Below are positions 11,547-23,345 of a DNA stretch of 64,000 bases, piece by piece. The stretch lies in NCBI GenBank assembly GCA_977862235.1, contig OZ374559.1, positions 2,976,001 through 3,040,000 of the forward strand, written 5' to 3'. The first letter of the stretch is position 1. Every line of letters starts with the position of its first letter. The notes under the pieces were generated by a model that saw only the letters and a list, made by a program, of their open reading frames with translations, had not been told where the DNA came from and ran no database searches. The position numbers and the translations under genes were made by a program. The stretch is from Dudresnaya verticillata. Its lineage: Eukaryota.

Positions 11547-13970
11547 CTTGTTGGTTGCTGTAGATGAACCCCGAATGGCAGATTGTGCGTATACGGATTG
11601 CGTATAGCAGTTGGTTTGTGTAACACAGACTTGACTTCTGGTTAGCACGACTTGGTTATGTGTGGGTGATCTCGGATTCTTTAGCCGATTGTAGAGACGA
11701 TTTGTTGTGTTGGAGAGTTGCTTGTTCGCGTCGATTGCTGTTGGTTTCTGATCCTGATTGCAACCCCGGGTTGGGCGTGCTCTGTGGTTTTTATAGAAGA
11801 GGATCAAATGTTACGCTTGCACATGGTAGCAAGCCCCTGAAACTCAGGATCTAGGTCTAATGCATTCGACTACAAACAAACGCCTTTACCGTTCGCTCGG
11901 AAAGACTCACTTGTGCCTATGATTGTCGGCATTCATAATCGTAGCCACAGGATGAAACAATATTGAAAGTGCTTGCGCCAACAACAGGCTCCCTGCCTCA
12001 CGTTTCACCTCGGCATCGCGCACAACGTTCACGTCTCCTTTTTTTGTTACAGCCGCCTCTCCTTCCGCCTCCCTACATCCTCCCCCTCTTTCTCGTTTGG
12101 CCTGCGTCGTGATGTTTTACTCTTTTACTGTGCCCGCTCGTGTCAGATCTGCCGATATTTGAGATCTTTCTGGGATACTGAGCGCAGGCAACACCGTTTC
12201 AGAGAATGTGACTATGATGGCACAATGATACATTGGCACGCGTCCAATTGCAGCAGTTTGCTCCATTTTGCATTGTATGAGTTCGAGTGAGCAGCAATAC
12301 CATGTACCGTGTCTACCTTCTTCGGCCGGTACGGGCTCAATACTCTTCATAAACTATACGGCTGTGAAATGGCATCGTATTCAAATCAAACAGCACCGTA
12401 CTGAGAGTGTGATGTGCGGAAAGCGAGTGGGGCAGTCTCGAGTCTTTCGAGCACACAAGTCACACCTGATACCGTGGCGGTGTTTGCTGCTGTACAACTT
12501 GCACTGTGAGCTTTCTCATTTCTCATTTCAGCTGCAATACAACTTCGCGAAGGTGCCAACGTTCGTGAAGGGGCATACTGTGTGAATATTGTGATAGTGT
12601 GTAGAAAGTCGGAAGGGGCTTTTATCAGTTCGTTTTTATGCTGCACGAGCTTGCGAACCTCGTTGGAGGCAGCCGTGAGAGTATAACAAAGCGAGTACTT
12701 TGACAAAGGTCGGTTTGATTCACGTCGTCGGATACATTGAAACTGTATGAAGTGCTTTGAAGGTTACGGAAACGTCAATAAGGCTTTGACTGTGCGGTAA
12801 TGTGTGCCTGTGTGTGCTTTAGGTGCTCATATGTGCCATTCCGCTTTCTACGAGATGGTGGCTGAGCCAAGTGTTCCAAGGCCCCGGTCCACCTGCGGCT
12901 GTGCAAGTGGAGCAAGGCGTGACGGGAATGCAACATTCTGGAGCGAACAGGTGGCCTGGAGGCGGGCAACAAGAATATGCGGTCGTCCTTAGCAGCTCAG
13001 ATGTGCAGAGATATAATGCAGTGAGATTGTGGTAATGTTATATTATTACTGTTACACCATTTGTTCCCTCTTTCCGGATTTATGTGTGGTCATAGCTTTG
13101 AAACGGCACAGCGTTCTAACAAGTGCAGGGAGCCTCGAGGTTAGAAAGGCCGCACATAGCGCATGATCGCATGATGGCTATTGACTCTACCTGCAGCGTC
13201 CAAGTGAATTGGCGGCAGAACGCTTGCTGGCGGCGGTGACGGAGAACGTGCGGTAGCAGTTGAAGCTACGAGATTTGTGTAACGTGTCAAGACAAAAGGT
13301 TCAGCTGCTGTGAACTGCAGCTACGAATGCCAAAGGCTATCACCGCATATCACTGCGTGTACATACTTGGACCGTCCTGTTGGAATATCTCGGAGATGTT
13401 TCCTAGTCTTTCACTCTTCCGCCGCACTCGTTGGCCGCTGGTGTTGTGCCTAAACTACCACCGCCAGTTGGCGTCGGGTGGGCGCTCGTTCCCCCTCTCA
13501 TTTTACTAGAGCGAGTGGCGCGCAACGCTTCTTCCCCGAGGTACATCTCACAACTTTTCTGCGGCTGTGTGCGTCTGCTGTTACGTTACGTTGGAACGGA
13601 ACAAAGCGCTGTTCTGTTCTTGTTCTAGACTATAGTCGAGAATAGCCACATGCCATCGTGCTGTGTCACAGTGCGCCTCACAAAGTATGAAGTCAAGGTT
13701 TGCGAGGTCGTTGCGCCGAGATCGTGGCGATGCTGTATGAAGTTTACTTAAGGCTATATAAGTGCTGGGCGGCTCACCAAAGACTCAAACCACCTAAATC
13801 ATTGCGGTACTTCTGCACAGCAGCAAAGCACACTCTATTCACTCACACACACATTCACACAGCATACTTTCCATCTGCACCCGCACCCTTCCAGAACAAC
13901 TCCTCAACACATCAACACACCTTCTGTGCTACATTTCTATCCCGTTTACAAATCAACCCGCAACTCCAAC

Positions 13971-14501
13971 ATGAAGTTCACCACCTCTTGTTTCGCAATT
14001 TTCTTGCTCATCGCTGTCTACGAGACGTCAGCTAAAGCTGCCTCCATTGTTTCCACACACGACGCCGTCCCTCAAAAAATAGAGCTCCATGGATCTCGCA
14101 CCACAACTGGCGCATGCTCACACGACGACCTTCTTCAGACGGCAGGATGCATGTGCTACGTTGTACAATCAAAGGGGAAGATGACACGAGAACTTTCTTC
14201 ATTGTGCACTGAAGTATTCGGGCGGTCCATTTTCTATTCGGAAAAGTACTGCGAGCCGTTCATGACCGGTGGCATGACCCAGTACATGTCATTAGTCAAG
14301 AGTGCAAATACCTGCCTCAGCACCAAACTCGCTGCATCACTCCGTCAACTGTCGCGTGGATCTAAACACGAGTCGACGTCTACGGCCTTGGAACCAGGGA
14401 ACAAAATGGAGCTGGAAGCGAGCGTGGTTCGTAAGTTCCCATGGAAGCTAGTACTGAAGATCTTGAAGATTGCGATCCAAATCATACTATTGTTCTTGTA
14501 G
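13971..14501 (+). CDS. Secreted precursor A, copy 3 (variant: E>Q in the C-terminal peptide)
   Basis: Matches copy 1 except G>C at 14478 (IAIEII to IAIQII) and a silent change at 14483. Confidence 0.85.
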   Translation: MKFTTSCFAIFLLIAVYETSAKAASIVSTHDAVPQKIELHGSRTTTGACSHDDLLQTAGCMCYVVQSKGKMTRELSSLCTEVFGRSIFYSEKYCEPFMTGGMTQYMSLVKSANTCLSTKLAASLRQLSRGSKHESTSTALEPGNKMELEASVVRKFPWKLVLKILKIAIQIILLFL

Positions 14502-14658
14502 TGGAGTTGGCAGATGTGTTATTGTTATTGTATATTGTGTTTTCTGGTGGGACTGTGATGTAAAAAGAGAGAAACAGGTGTGTCGCTGGATAAAACACCT
14601 CTTTTTGTTATACCTTTAGGAAGCGAGTGAGATTTGTGCACAGCAAGTTATCAAGAGA

Positions 14659-15621
14659 ATTTGTGGGTTTTAAGAAGTCCCTGTCTATGGAGGTTTGCCG
14701 AGAAATATGTATCCGCACAAGATCATAATCTGAGATAGTTACTGCGCTAGAATGTTCTAACCAGCGACGCTGGCGAGAATGCAGGCGGCGTTGCGCTTAA
14801 CAAGGACAGCGGCAATGTGCGAAAAGCAATGATTGCGTGACGTACTGCGGCTCTCATTGAATCGTGTAGCCCTCGCATCAGCGTTGCTTGTGAAGTACTT
14901 CCGGGCCTTCTGTAGCCATCCACCCGTGGTATGTATGGCAAAGGACAGCAGCGTGCAGTCGTCCTCAAGGTCGGCGATGGGGGCTGCGTGATGAGCGACC
15001 TTGGCGGCGGCTGCTAGGTCGAGCGTCTGAGCGGGAGAGACTGCCGTCGCGTGCACCCGTGCGGATGTCAGTGGGGGTGGGATCACTACGTCAATAAGGA
15101 CGCGGTCACCTTGATCCCGCATTGCGGCGATATCGGGGCGCGTGTTGTGGACACTGCCGGTGTCTCGGGGCTCGACAGCGGGGTGTCGAGCTGCCTCGAC
15201 GAGTCTGGCGGCTGTCACCTGCACAACGGCGTCGTGGCAAGTAATGCGGGGAGACCCGTACGGGCAGACGAGAGCGTGGTCTCCATACTTGTCCATTTTC
15301 GCGTGGCAGCCAGGCCGTCCACATTTCTCCAGTGTGTTAAACTTAGGGACGCTACAGTCGAATTTGAACCATGTTTTAAACTCACGGGGAGATATGTGAG
15401 ACTGAAAGGCTTGGCATGGAGAACAGTTTAACCAGTCTTTGGCGCCGGGAAGGGTCATGCACTTGCGCATGGCGATTGTGCGAATGTTCCCTGGAGAGAC
15501 ACATGCTGTTACGCCGACGTGGACGGCATCGGACAATTGTTTCTGAGTAGGGAACTCCGTCGATATCCAGGTCTCTAGCGTCCCGAGCTTGTCCCGAACG
15601 GCATTTCCCGGCCCGCAGAGC
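14659..15621 (-). mobile_element. 5'-truncated non-LTR retrotransposon of the restriction-like-endonuclease (REL; CRE/R2-like) class, with 10-bp TSD
   Basis: ORF 14757-15536 has a CCHC knuckle (C..C..DKYGDHALVC), an xHD motif and a PD..D endonuclease motif (RPDI...LIDV). Flanked by TATCAAGAGA at 14649-14658 and 15622-15631. Confidence 0.85.
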
Positions 15622-15627
15622 TATCAA

Positions 15628-15666
15628 GAGAGAGATAGAGAGAGAGAGAGAGAGAGCAGCAGCAGC
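15628..15666. repeat. (GA)n then (GCA)n microsatellite
   Basis: Seen directly; an expanded version of the tract at about 1615-1635. Confidence 0.85.
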
Positions 15667-17653
15667 ATTCCTTTACTCAGAATATTCACAGAAATGTAGC
15701 CCCCACTAGTTGGTACCAAGCGTCTTTCTCGAAGCCGCCTGTGGGTTTCCGCTGCAATTCTTGATACGTTTTGACGCCTTTTGATGGCCGTGGCAAACCC
15801 CGTTGATAGTCTATCCTATGCATAAAGGTCTCCATCCCGTTGATAATCGTAAAGGACCATCAATACATCTTAAAGAGATAATAAACGCTAAAACTCACTT
15901 CATTAAGGGTACGACCGAGTCCTTTGCAGGCTCCTTTGGATCTGCTGATTGTGCTTTTTATTGAACCTTCCTGATGAATCACTTGCTCTCAACTGCAGCC
16001 AGATATCTTGGAGGCCCTTCTAAAAACAACGTTCGGCAATGATATTTATTCCCCGCATTCAAAAGTTTCAAGTTTGGAAACTGGTTAACACTTCCTGAAA
16101 GAATTCATGTCACACAATATGATTTCTTTCAGGATGTTATCGAAAGAACAATGATGCTCGAACTTACATTCCATAGTGCGAAGTATAGATAACCTTTCTA
16201 TTGCTTACCTAACTTTCACGAGAAAGACTTTGGAGTCCAGTGTAGGCATTTTACCCGGCAAACTTATTGAAACGTTTCGATATTTACCAGCGGTCATTAA
16301 ACGTTTTGGAAAGTTTGCTACACTTCCCAATGTTTTTCTAAGGCAGATATCTGAAATCACCATCATCATCACAACTTTATGAAAACAAGACCGATATCTG
16401 ACTGACTCAATCCACATCAGCTTTCACTATGCATCTGCAAGCGTCCTAATGCCAACTACCCCGACATGCATGTACACTGTGGAGAGTGTTTCTTCAAGTT
16501 TGTTCTGTTTCAGTCAGTTGTGCCCACGCGTTGCCCTCTCGGACCTGTGAGCGTTAACGCTGCAAATAATACAGCACATAGCCATGCGAATGGGAGGAAT
16601 GCAATATCCACTGTATTAATGGAGAGAGACCTTTATTAATGGTGCACCATCGCGTCAGTTTTTTATCGGCAATTGTGCCACACCTTCCAACATTATTGCT
16701 CTAGTTCCCACTCCACTGCCGAGAAGATTATTTATCCTTTTCTCTCTCCGGCTCAGTGACTGTTCCACGCCATACTTATGATGGCGTTGTATTTTGTTTC
16801 TCTCTGTGGAACTAGTCTGCTCGCCACGTATTTTCAAGGCTGCATCTTGCTCAGAGATTTAACTCAAACTTTTGGCCTTCATGAGCACATTTACTCTTCT
16901 GTCTTTATACAAAAACGTATTATTTAGGCATGGTGTACTTCGCACATGTTAGGGAGAGTTATTCCTCCTTCTGAGATGAATATAATTCCATAAACCAGCA
17001 CGACCACTTCTAAGTCTAAAAAGTAGTCCAACGAGTAGACAACAGAGAGTCAGGAGACCTCATAAAAGATCAGTAGGGGCACTTGTAAGGCTCTAATAAG
17101 CCGCTTCAGATATTGAGAAGGAATAAACGCGTAACAGAGGGTTCTGGAACCACACGTGCACTTATTTCAGGCCATAATCAATTGCTTCGTTCCATTATGG
17201 AACGAAGGAATTGATGCATTAGGCATTGATCCATTTTGGCAAACCGAGTCCCGACAGGATGCATCATCGTAGTGTCAAAATTGTCTCGCACCGGCGTATT
17301 TTCATTTTAGGCGCGTGTGGAACAAATTACCCAGAGGGAGGAAGCATCACTTTTCGACATTGCAGAGTGGTGCCCACAAGGGGGGAAAATTATTAATCTA
17401 TTGGAACACTAGAGGCAGATATTCGAAGTCGATTGATGCTAACCGCTACGTCCTGTAGGACAAACGAAACAAGACGGCTGAGGAAATGCAATTACCCAAC
17501 AACTAAATGCGAAGTTGGAGGGCGGCACAGCGATAGACTATAAGAGCATGGAAAAGAGCTTGGGCAGCCTTGCCCCATTCCTCTTCGTAGCTCGTAAGTA
17601 TAGGCAGCTGAACACCGGTTGTTGCCGTCGCCAAGTCCCCATCAGCAACCAGT

Positions 17654-18916
17654 ATGGAACTCGACAGGGTAGCAGCAGTGCTCTTGCTGACATTGCTCGG
17701 CAACTCCTTAGCAGCACAAGAACCCCGTTTAGCATCCTCAAATAGTGCCATAGTTGCAGCGTACTACCCAAACTGGGTCGCTGGTGGAAGGCAGTATTTC
17801 GTGAAGAATATTCACACAAGCGGAGCTGCTGAAAAGCTAACTCACATCGTCTACGCATTTGGAGATGTCAATGAAGAAGGCCTTTGTGAATTGGACAGCA
17901 GATATGCAGACTACGAAAGGGCTTACTCCTCAGCTGAGAGTATCGACGGCGTGCCTGATGCACCTGAAGCACCTCTGAAGGGAAACATCAACCAACTTCG
18001 CAAACTAAAAATAATGTATCCGCACATTAAGGTGTTGTTCTCTTTCGGCGGATGGACGCTCTCTAGTAACTTTGGAACCGCTGCCAAGGACCCAAATCAA
18101 TTTGCAGAGTCGTGCTATGGGGTTGTATATAACTCCACATGGGCAAATGTGTTTGACGGCATTGACATCGATTGGGAATATCCAAACGCCTGTGGTCTAA
18201 CCTGTGATACGAGCGGGCGCTACGGCTTCAGGGATGTAATGGTGGCATTGCGCAACAGGTTCGGCCATTCCCTTGTCACGGCAGCCATCTCAGGTGATGC
18301 GTCCACAGGAGGCGTACTAGATGCCGCCGATTACACCGGAGCTATTGCGCCAATGGATTTTGTGATGATCATGTCGTACACTTACTTCGGTCCTTGGTCT
18401 GAAAACGGTCCAACAGCACCTCATTCTCCACTCACAGCATATCCGGGGATCCCGAATGAGAAAATGACCTCAGAGCAGAGTGTCGCAAAGATAATTGGTA
18501 TGGGAGTACCATCCAGCAAAATCGTACTTGGGATTTCGTTTAATGGCCGTGGTTGGACCGGGGTTACCCAGTCTGCGCCGGGAGGATCGGCAACAGGGCC
18601 CGGGGAGGGGAGCTCTGAACCCGGAGCGGATCCGTACAGAGTGCTTATGAATACCTGCCCGCCTACAGGAAAAGCAGGCGGGACATCGTACGCATTCTGC
18701 CCGCCGAACTGGTGGGGATACGACACGCCAGAAACGATTGGAGGGAAGATGGAGTACGTTAAAGCTACAGGGCTTCGTGGGGCTTTTGCATGGGAGCTCA
18801 GCTCAGATACAAGTGATGCAGTCCTTCTTTCTGCTATGTCGCAAGTTTCGAAACAAGATACCAAATCGTTCGCAGAGAGAACAGAGATGAAGTGTATATG
18901 CAATTGCCTGTCATAA
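17654..18916 (+). CDS. Secreted GH18 chitinase, catalytic domain only, actinobacterial ChiC-like
   Basis: Signal peptide; motifs SFGGW, FDGIDIDWEYP, GPTAPHSPL, WWGYDTP, GAFAWE. Confidence 0.93.
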   Translation: MELDRVAAVLLLTLLGNSLAAQEPRLASSNSAIVAAYYPNWVAGGRQYFVKNIHTSGAAEKLTHIVYAFGDVNEEGLCELDSRYADYERAYSSAESIDGVPDAPEAPLKGNINQLRKLKIMYPHIKVLFSFGGWTLSSNFGTAAKDPNQFAESCYGVVYNSTWANVFDGIDIDWEYPNACGLTCDTSGRYGFRDVMVALRNRFGHSLVTAAISGDASTGGVLDAADYTGAIAPMDFVMIMSYTYFGPWSENGPTAPHSPLTAYPGIPNEKMTSEQSVAKIIGMGVPSSKIVLGISFNGRGWTGVTQSAPGGSATGPGEGSSEPGADPYRVLMNTCPPTGKAGGTSYAFCPPNWWGYDTPETIGGKMEYVKATGLRGAFAWELSSDTSDAVLLSAMSQVSKQDTKSFAERTEMKCICNCLS

Positions 18917-20301
18917 GGGCGGTTCTCATATATGATTAGATATCGCCTACGAAGGCTTTACCAAAGAGGAGATTAGAAATCCCTATTTGCTTGACAATGC
19001 TTGCCTCGTGTTTACAAACAGCATATTGGTAGAGGAAAACTTATTAAGCTACTAGTTTTTAGATAAATAAAGTGAGTAATCTATTTGCAAGTCGGCCCAG
19101 GCATGCTGTTGGCCACAGCGGGTTGAGGGCATTATTCTTATTATTTTTATCTCTCTCTTATAAAAAATGATGATGATGATGATAAACGTTGACTCAAATC
19201 TTCTATGGTGAAGATCTTGCCATGAAAAGAACTGAAAGCTTTAGTGGGAGAGCTTCATTCACTACACTAATGACAGAGATATGTAGATGGGTCTCACATG
19301 AGTCATAGACACTCGCATATGGCTGTTAGATTAGAAAAAAAGGCTAAAACTTGTTGGAGAAGGCAAAGGTGCTAAGAGGGCGGGAGGGCGGGAAGGAAGA
19401 ACTTGCCTCGACTGTCTGGGATCAGAAAGGCCGAAGCCTTATGTACCCGTAAATTGGAAGATCTTTCCGGTTCATCTTTGGAAGAACTCTCCTGTTTCGT
19501 CTCTCCTCTCTGTACGGTAATATTTTGTTAGCGTTGCAGCGAGAGTGCGGGCGTGACACTGACTGCTGCCGCTAGAGTGCTCTGTTAGCATTGTACCCAG
19601 AGCGTTGACACTTCAACTGATTACTGCTATCCTGGTATTGCATTAATGTTGCTGTTTTGGGAAGTTCCGCAACGTTACTATCTACTGTGTACCTTTTCAA
19701 CCATGTAAAGAACCTTTGACACTCGATGTAAAGCGCACCAAATATCTTCTCCCCTTTTGGTAGGGACTGGTCCACTCGGCCCACAGGTATATCCATTTTT
19801 CGAACCTTTCTGGGAAGCGATTGGTTAGTGCTGAAGCAGGCTCTATCCCCCGAGCTTCGATCACTCTCCAGACTTTAAGTTAGTTTGTGAAGTTTATACC
19901 ACTCGCCGGCCAGCCCGGCCCAGTCATTCCGACGTAAAAGATCTTTTTCATTTCTGTGACAAGCTTGCGTGGAGCCCTTTTATCGAAGCTGTGAAGTTCC
20001 TAGCTCTCCTCTAGACAATGACCGTGTCGAACAGAGTTATATTGATGAAAGCAACCACGCAAATCAACTGAGGTCACGCATCATTGCATCTCTTTTAAGT
20101 TTGACAGCAACTGGGCCATGAGCTGACACACCGGCATATGAGTGATGTTAAACATTTACTCACTTGATTGGCAGATGAGGTGGAACTACACGTTGTAGAC
20201 TATAATTTCATTGTGCTATTGGCCCCATGGCGGGCCCGGAGAAATCCAGGGGCCATGGACCATAACATAACAAGTGCAGAGTAGGAAGGTCTGAAACACA
20301 A

Positions 20302-21255
20302 TTAACCTCGTCGGCTGCGAGTACAGAGCAGGTTGTTTGGAAGCTTGATCCCCGATTCACACATGCACATCGTCTTTGCATCATTGGGGAAGACTTTCTC
20401 ATCATTGAAATCCTTCGTTGGGCATTCAAAGCATTCCGTTGTCGAACGAGACGGGTTCACTCTCCCTTCAGGACAAGTCTCGCATTCATTAGAGCTATTC
20501 AAACCGGAGCCAGAGGGACAAGTCTTGATACAATTCGGGTTTGAGGCAGGGCAGTCCGGAACGCAAAACTTCGAACCCAGCATCTTCGTGCTTGAACCGT
20601 CTGGGCATTTCTTACAACTTTTGGCTCCAGTTTCATCTTGATAAAATCCGATCGGGCAAGGTGTGCATCGTGCAGAGCGTGGTGTGTCTGAAAAGGTTCC
20701 CGCTAGACATGGCTCGCACCGTCGGAATTTCCCACTGGCGAACGATCCCGCCAGACAATCCTTGCAATTAGAGGCATTCAACGAGACAGCTTCTTTTCCC
20801 CGACCGCAGGCCATACAACGAGGTCTCCTCTTCGGTCTGCTTGGGCGTTTAAACCATAAACCCAATCGGCATGTGACGCATGCAGAGAGGCTTTTCGCCC
20901 CTAGTGCGGATCTTGAAACGCCAGGACAAGGAATGCATTCATCGGAGTCTATTTTATCGTTGTAGAAGTCGATTGGACAGAAGATGCACTCGGGTCCTTT
21001 GGGAGTATTCTTCACAAATCTTCCCGGGGGGCAAATTATACAGTCACTGAGGCTCTTTGACCCGAAAGGAGCAATCGAACGAGGCGGACAGGGTGTGCAT
21101 CTTGTGGCGGTTCTCGTGTCGGAGTACGTATTCATGGGACATCTTCTGCAAGACTGGGATCTTTTAGGCCTGAACTGACCCAGCTCGCATTTCTTTTGGG
21201 CGGAAGCAATCACTGCAAAGATGGCAAGTGTGCAGACGAGCAGTGGAAGTTTCAT
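20302..21255 (-). CDS. Secreted Cys-rich protein with ephrin-receptor-like (GCC2_GCC3/TNFR-like) repeats, 317 aa
   Basis: Signal peptide MKLPLLVCTLAIFAVIASA. Tandem CxxCPxGx(F/Y) repeats such as CTPCPIGFYQDETGAKSCKKCPDGSST. No transmembrane segment. Confidence 0.85.
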   Translation of the reverse strand: MKLPLLVCTLAIFAVIASAQKKCELGQFRPKRSQSCRRCPMNTYSDTRTATRCTPCPPRSIAPFGSKSLSDCIICPPGRFVKNTPKGPECIFCPIDFYNDKIDSDECIPCPGVSRSALGAKSLSACVTCRLGLWFKRPSRPKRRPRCMACGRGKEAVSLNASNCKDCLAGSFASGKFRRCEPCLAGTFSDTPRSARCTPCPIGFYQDETGAKSCKKCPDGSSTKMLGSKFCVPDCPASNPNCIKTCPSGSGLNSSNECETCPEGRVNPSRSTTECFECPTKDFNDEKVFPNDAKTMCMCESGIKLPNNLLCTRSRRG

Positions 21256-23199
21256 GGTGGAGCGTAATTGAGTTGAAACCGCGGAAAGCATTCCTGGATG
21301 TGCTGAAGATAGAAGGAAAGAGATGAGGTCATGAGGGCTGCTGGTTGTCAACAACAAAAGCTTCTGCCTTTTGTACTTGAAGGCTTCATGGGGAGGGATA
21401 AAATCCCCATCTTAGAGACCCCTGCAGGGAAGGCAGAAAGATATTTGAAGTAGATGAGATCGGGAAAGAACTTTCGCTGTCAACTCGTCAATTTGCAAAA
21501 ATCACAGACTCGGGATGCATGCACAGTCGGGCCAATTAGAACACGAGAGAATGTCAAGGCTTGGCGATGAGATACGATGTAAATGCTATTGGGAAATGTT
21601 ACAATGGACGGCGAATGCGGAGAGGACACTGCAAACTGTCAAACCGTTGTAGGAAGGTTCAAGCGAAGGCGATTTCCGCTGAGATTACAGTCGTAATTAA
21701 GGCCCTGCGAGTTACGAGTCTGTAGATGTGCGCATTTCTGTTGTCTTCGCAGATTGTGCTGATTTTTTGTTCGGAACACGTCGTGCGATTTGCAGCGGAT
21801 CTCGGATCGAGCGTCTTTGTACATTGAGGAGGATCTCGGATGAAGAGCAGCGGCTGGGAAGTAGCCATAGTATGGTGTGTGATTGGATTTGCCTCCAATG
21901 GATGACAGTGGACAGTGACAGCAGAGCACTGCTGCAGCATTTTTTTGTGATTAGGTGATGCGTGCTGAATGACATATCTTGTCCCCGCAAGCCGCTCACC
22001 GGAACGCCTCGTTGCAAAGATGTCGTCAAGAGAAGCATGCCTTGAGCAAGTTTCGAGAAGAGGTAAACTTTGTTCTTCTTTGCCGTGAGCATAACGGACG
22101 AGACTTGGATAAGGGGCAGGGAGCGGGCACCAAAGGCGCTGCCTTTGTCATTGAGAGTTTTTGGGTTGCAAGTTGAGCGTCAGAGAAAAATCGCGACGCG
22201 TGGAGGATGCACTGCTGGAAATGACAGATCGCATCGAGTGATGTGCGATTGACAGCTGACCGTCCTGCGTGTTCTTTGCGTCCTTTGAGCTTCATTGACC
22301 TTCATCCGATGGTTCCAGAAAGGGCACCTCCCCAATGGCTGAAAAACTCTATCTCCTCACTCGTCTGACCTCCCGTGTAGTGCAATGCGTGGCCGTTTCT
22401 GTCAACCGACCTAAGCTAGATATCTACGCGTTCTTTGAGCCAAACGCCTTTTCGCTGTCGTTAGTCGGTTCGTTCTCGCCCACTCGGCTCGCGTCCAAGC
22501 CGAACTGAAGCGCCTGAGATTCCCGCGCAAGACCACTGTAAAGAAGCATCAAGTGTGAAGCAAACATCACATTCCTGCGGTTGCTCACACAGCGTTAAGG
22601 TTTACGTTAATGCGATGCTGTCTCTTTCAACTACCGGTGGCCTTCCTGAACTACCAAGCATAGTACTGACAGGCAAGCGTCCGACAAGGGTACGCATGTG
22701 GACACAGGACACACGATTAATTTCCTTCTCACGAAAGCGAACAACTTGTCACCAAGTACCCCGGCAATGCCGGTTGGCCAGGGTAAAGCATGCTTCTGCG
22801 ATCGAGCCACCCACTCTGTTAAATTTGTTAGGAGCTACGAGTACCGGTGTGTTGCGATAAATAAGTTGCTACACGCCTCGCGCACATATTTACAATAAAT
22901 ACAAGGGGATATGGAATTTGTTGAATGGGTCGTTTAAAGCTGGTTTTTTTTGTTGGTTCGTGCAAACGCCTTGAAGGCTACATTGAAGATCAGTATTATT
23001 TACGCTTTGTTTGGTGAGGACAAAGATAGGAGCCCGAACCTAGCGCAGCCGAGTGTTCATGCCGATATACATCAGAATATCCAAAACCTCCTCCACGCCC
23101 CATCAGTGCTGTTCGATACATTCAACGTCTCGATCTGATCACTGGTTCGCACGGCCTGCCTGCTGTGTCCCGTGTGTAGCTCCCTTTACAAAAACGACA

Positions 23200-23345
23200 A
23201 AGTACTGGAACCGTTATTGAGATTCTTTCCAAGCGAATTTGTAGGGATTCTGGAGAGGGGAGAGGGTGGAGTTCAAAAGAATGCACGAAGAGCTCTTTCT
23301 ATATATGAAGATTACGGATGTCATAACGTCTATAATCTATGCCCA
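23200..23345 (+). pseudogene. Possible Sel1-like repeat relic
   Basis: ILERGEGGVQKNARRALSIYE...YNL resembles one Sel1 repeat; no intact gene around it. Confidence 0.25.

Larger units (their letters stand above)
1..14640. repeat. Tandem direct amplification, unit 6521 bp (copy 1 = 1-6521, copy 2 = 6522-13042, partial copy 3 = 13043-~14640)
   Basis: All ORFs recur at +6521 and +13042. The only difference I saw between copies 1 and 2 is C2942 vs T9463. Copy 3 matches up to 14477 and then diverges. The array may continue left of the window. Confidence 0.97.

Noticed and set aside
18898..18916. C-terminal Cys of the chitinases as a CaaX prenylation signal
   Set aside because: The last Cys is third from the end, not fourth, and the proteins are secreted.
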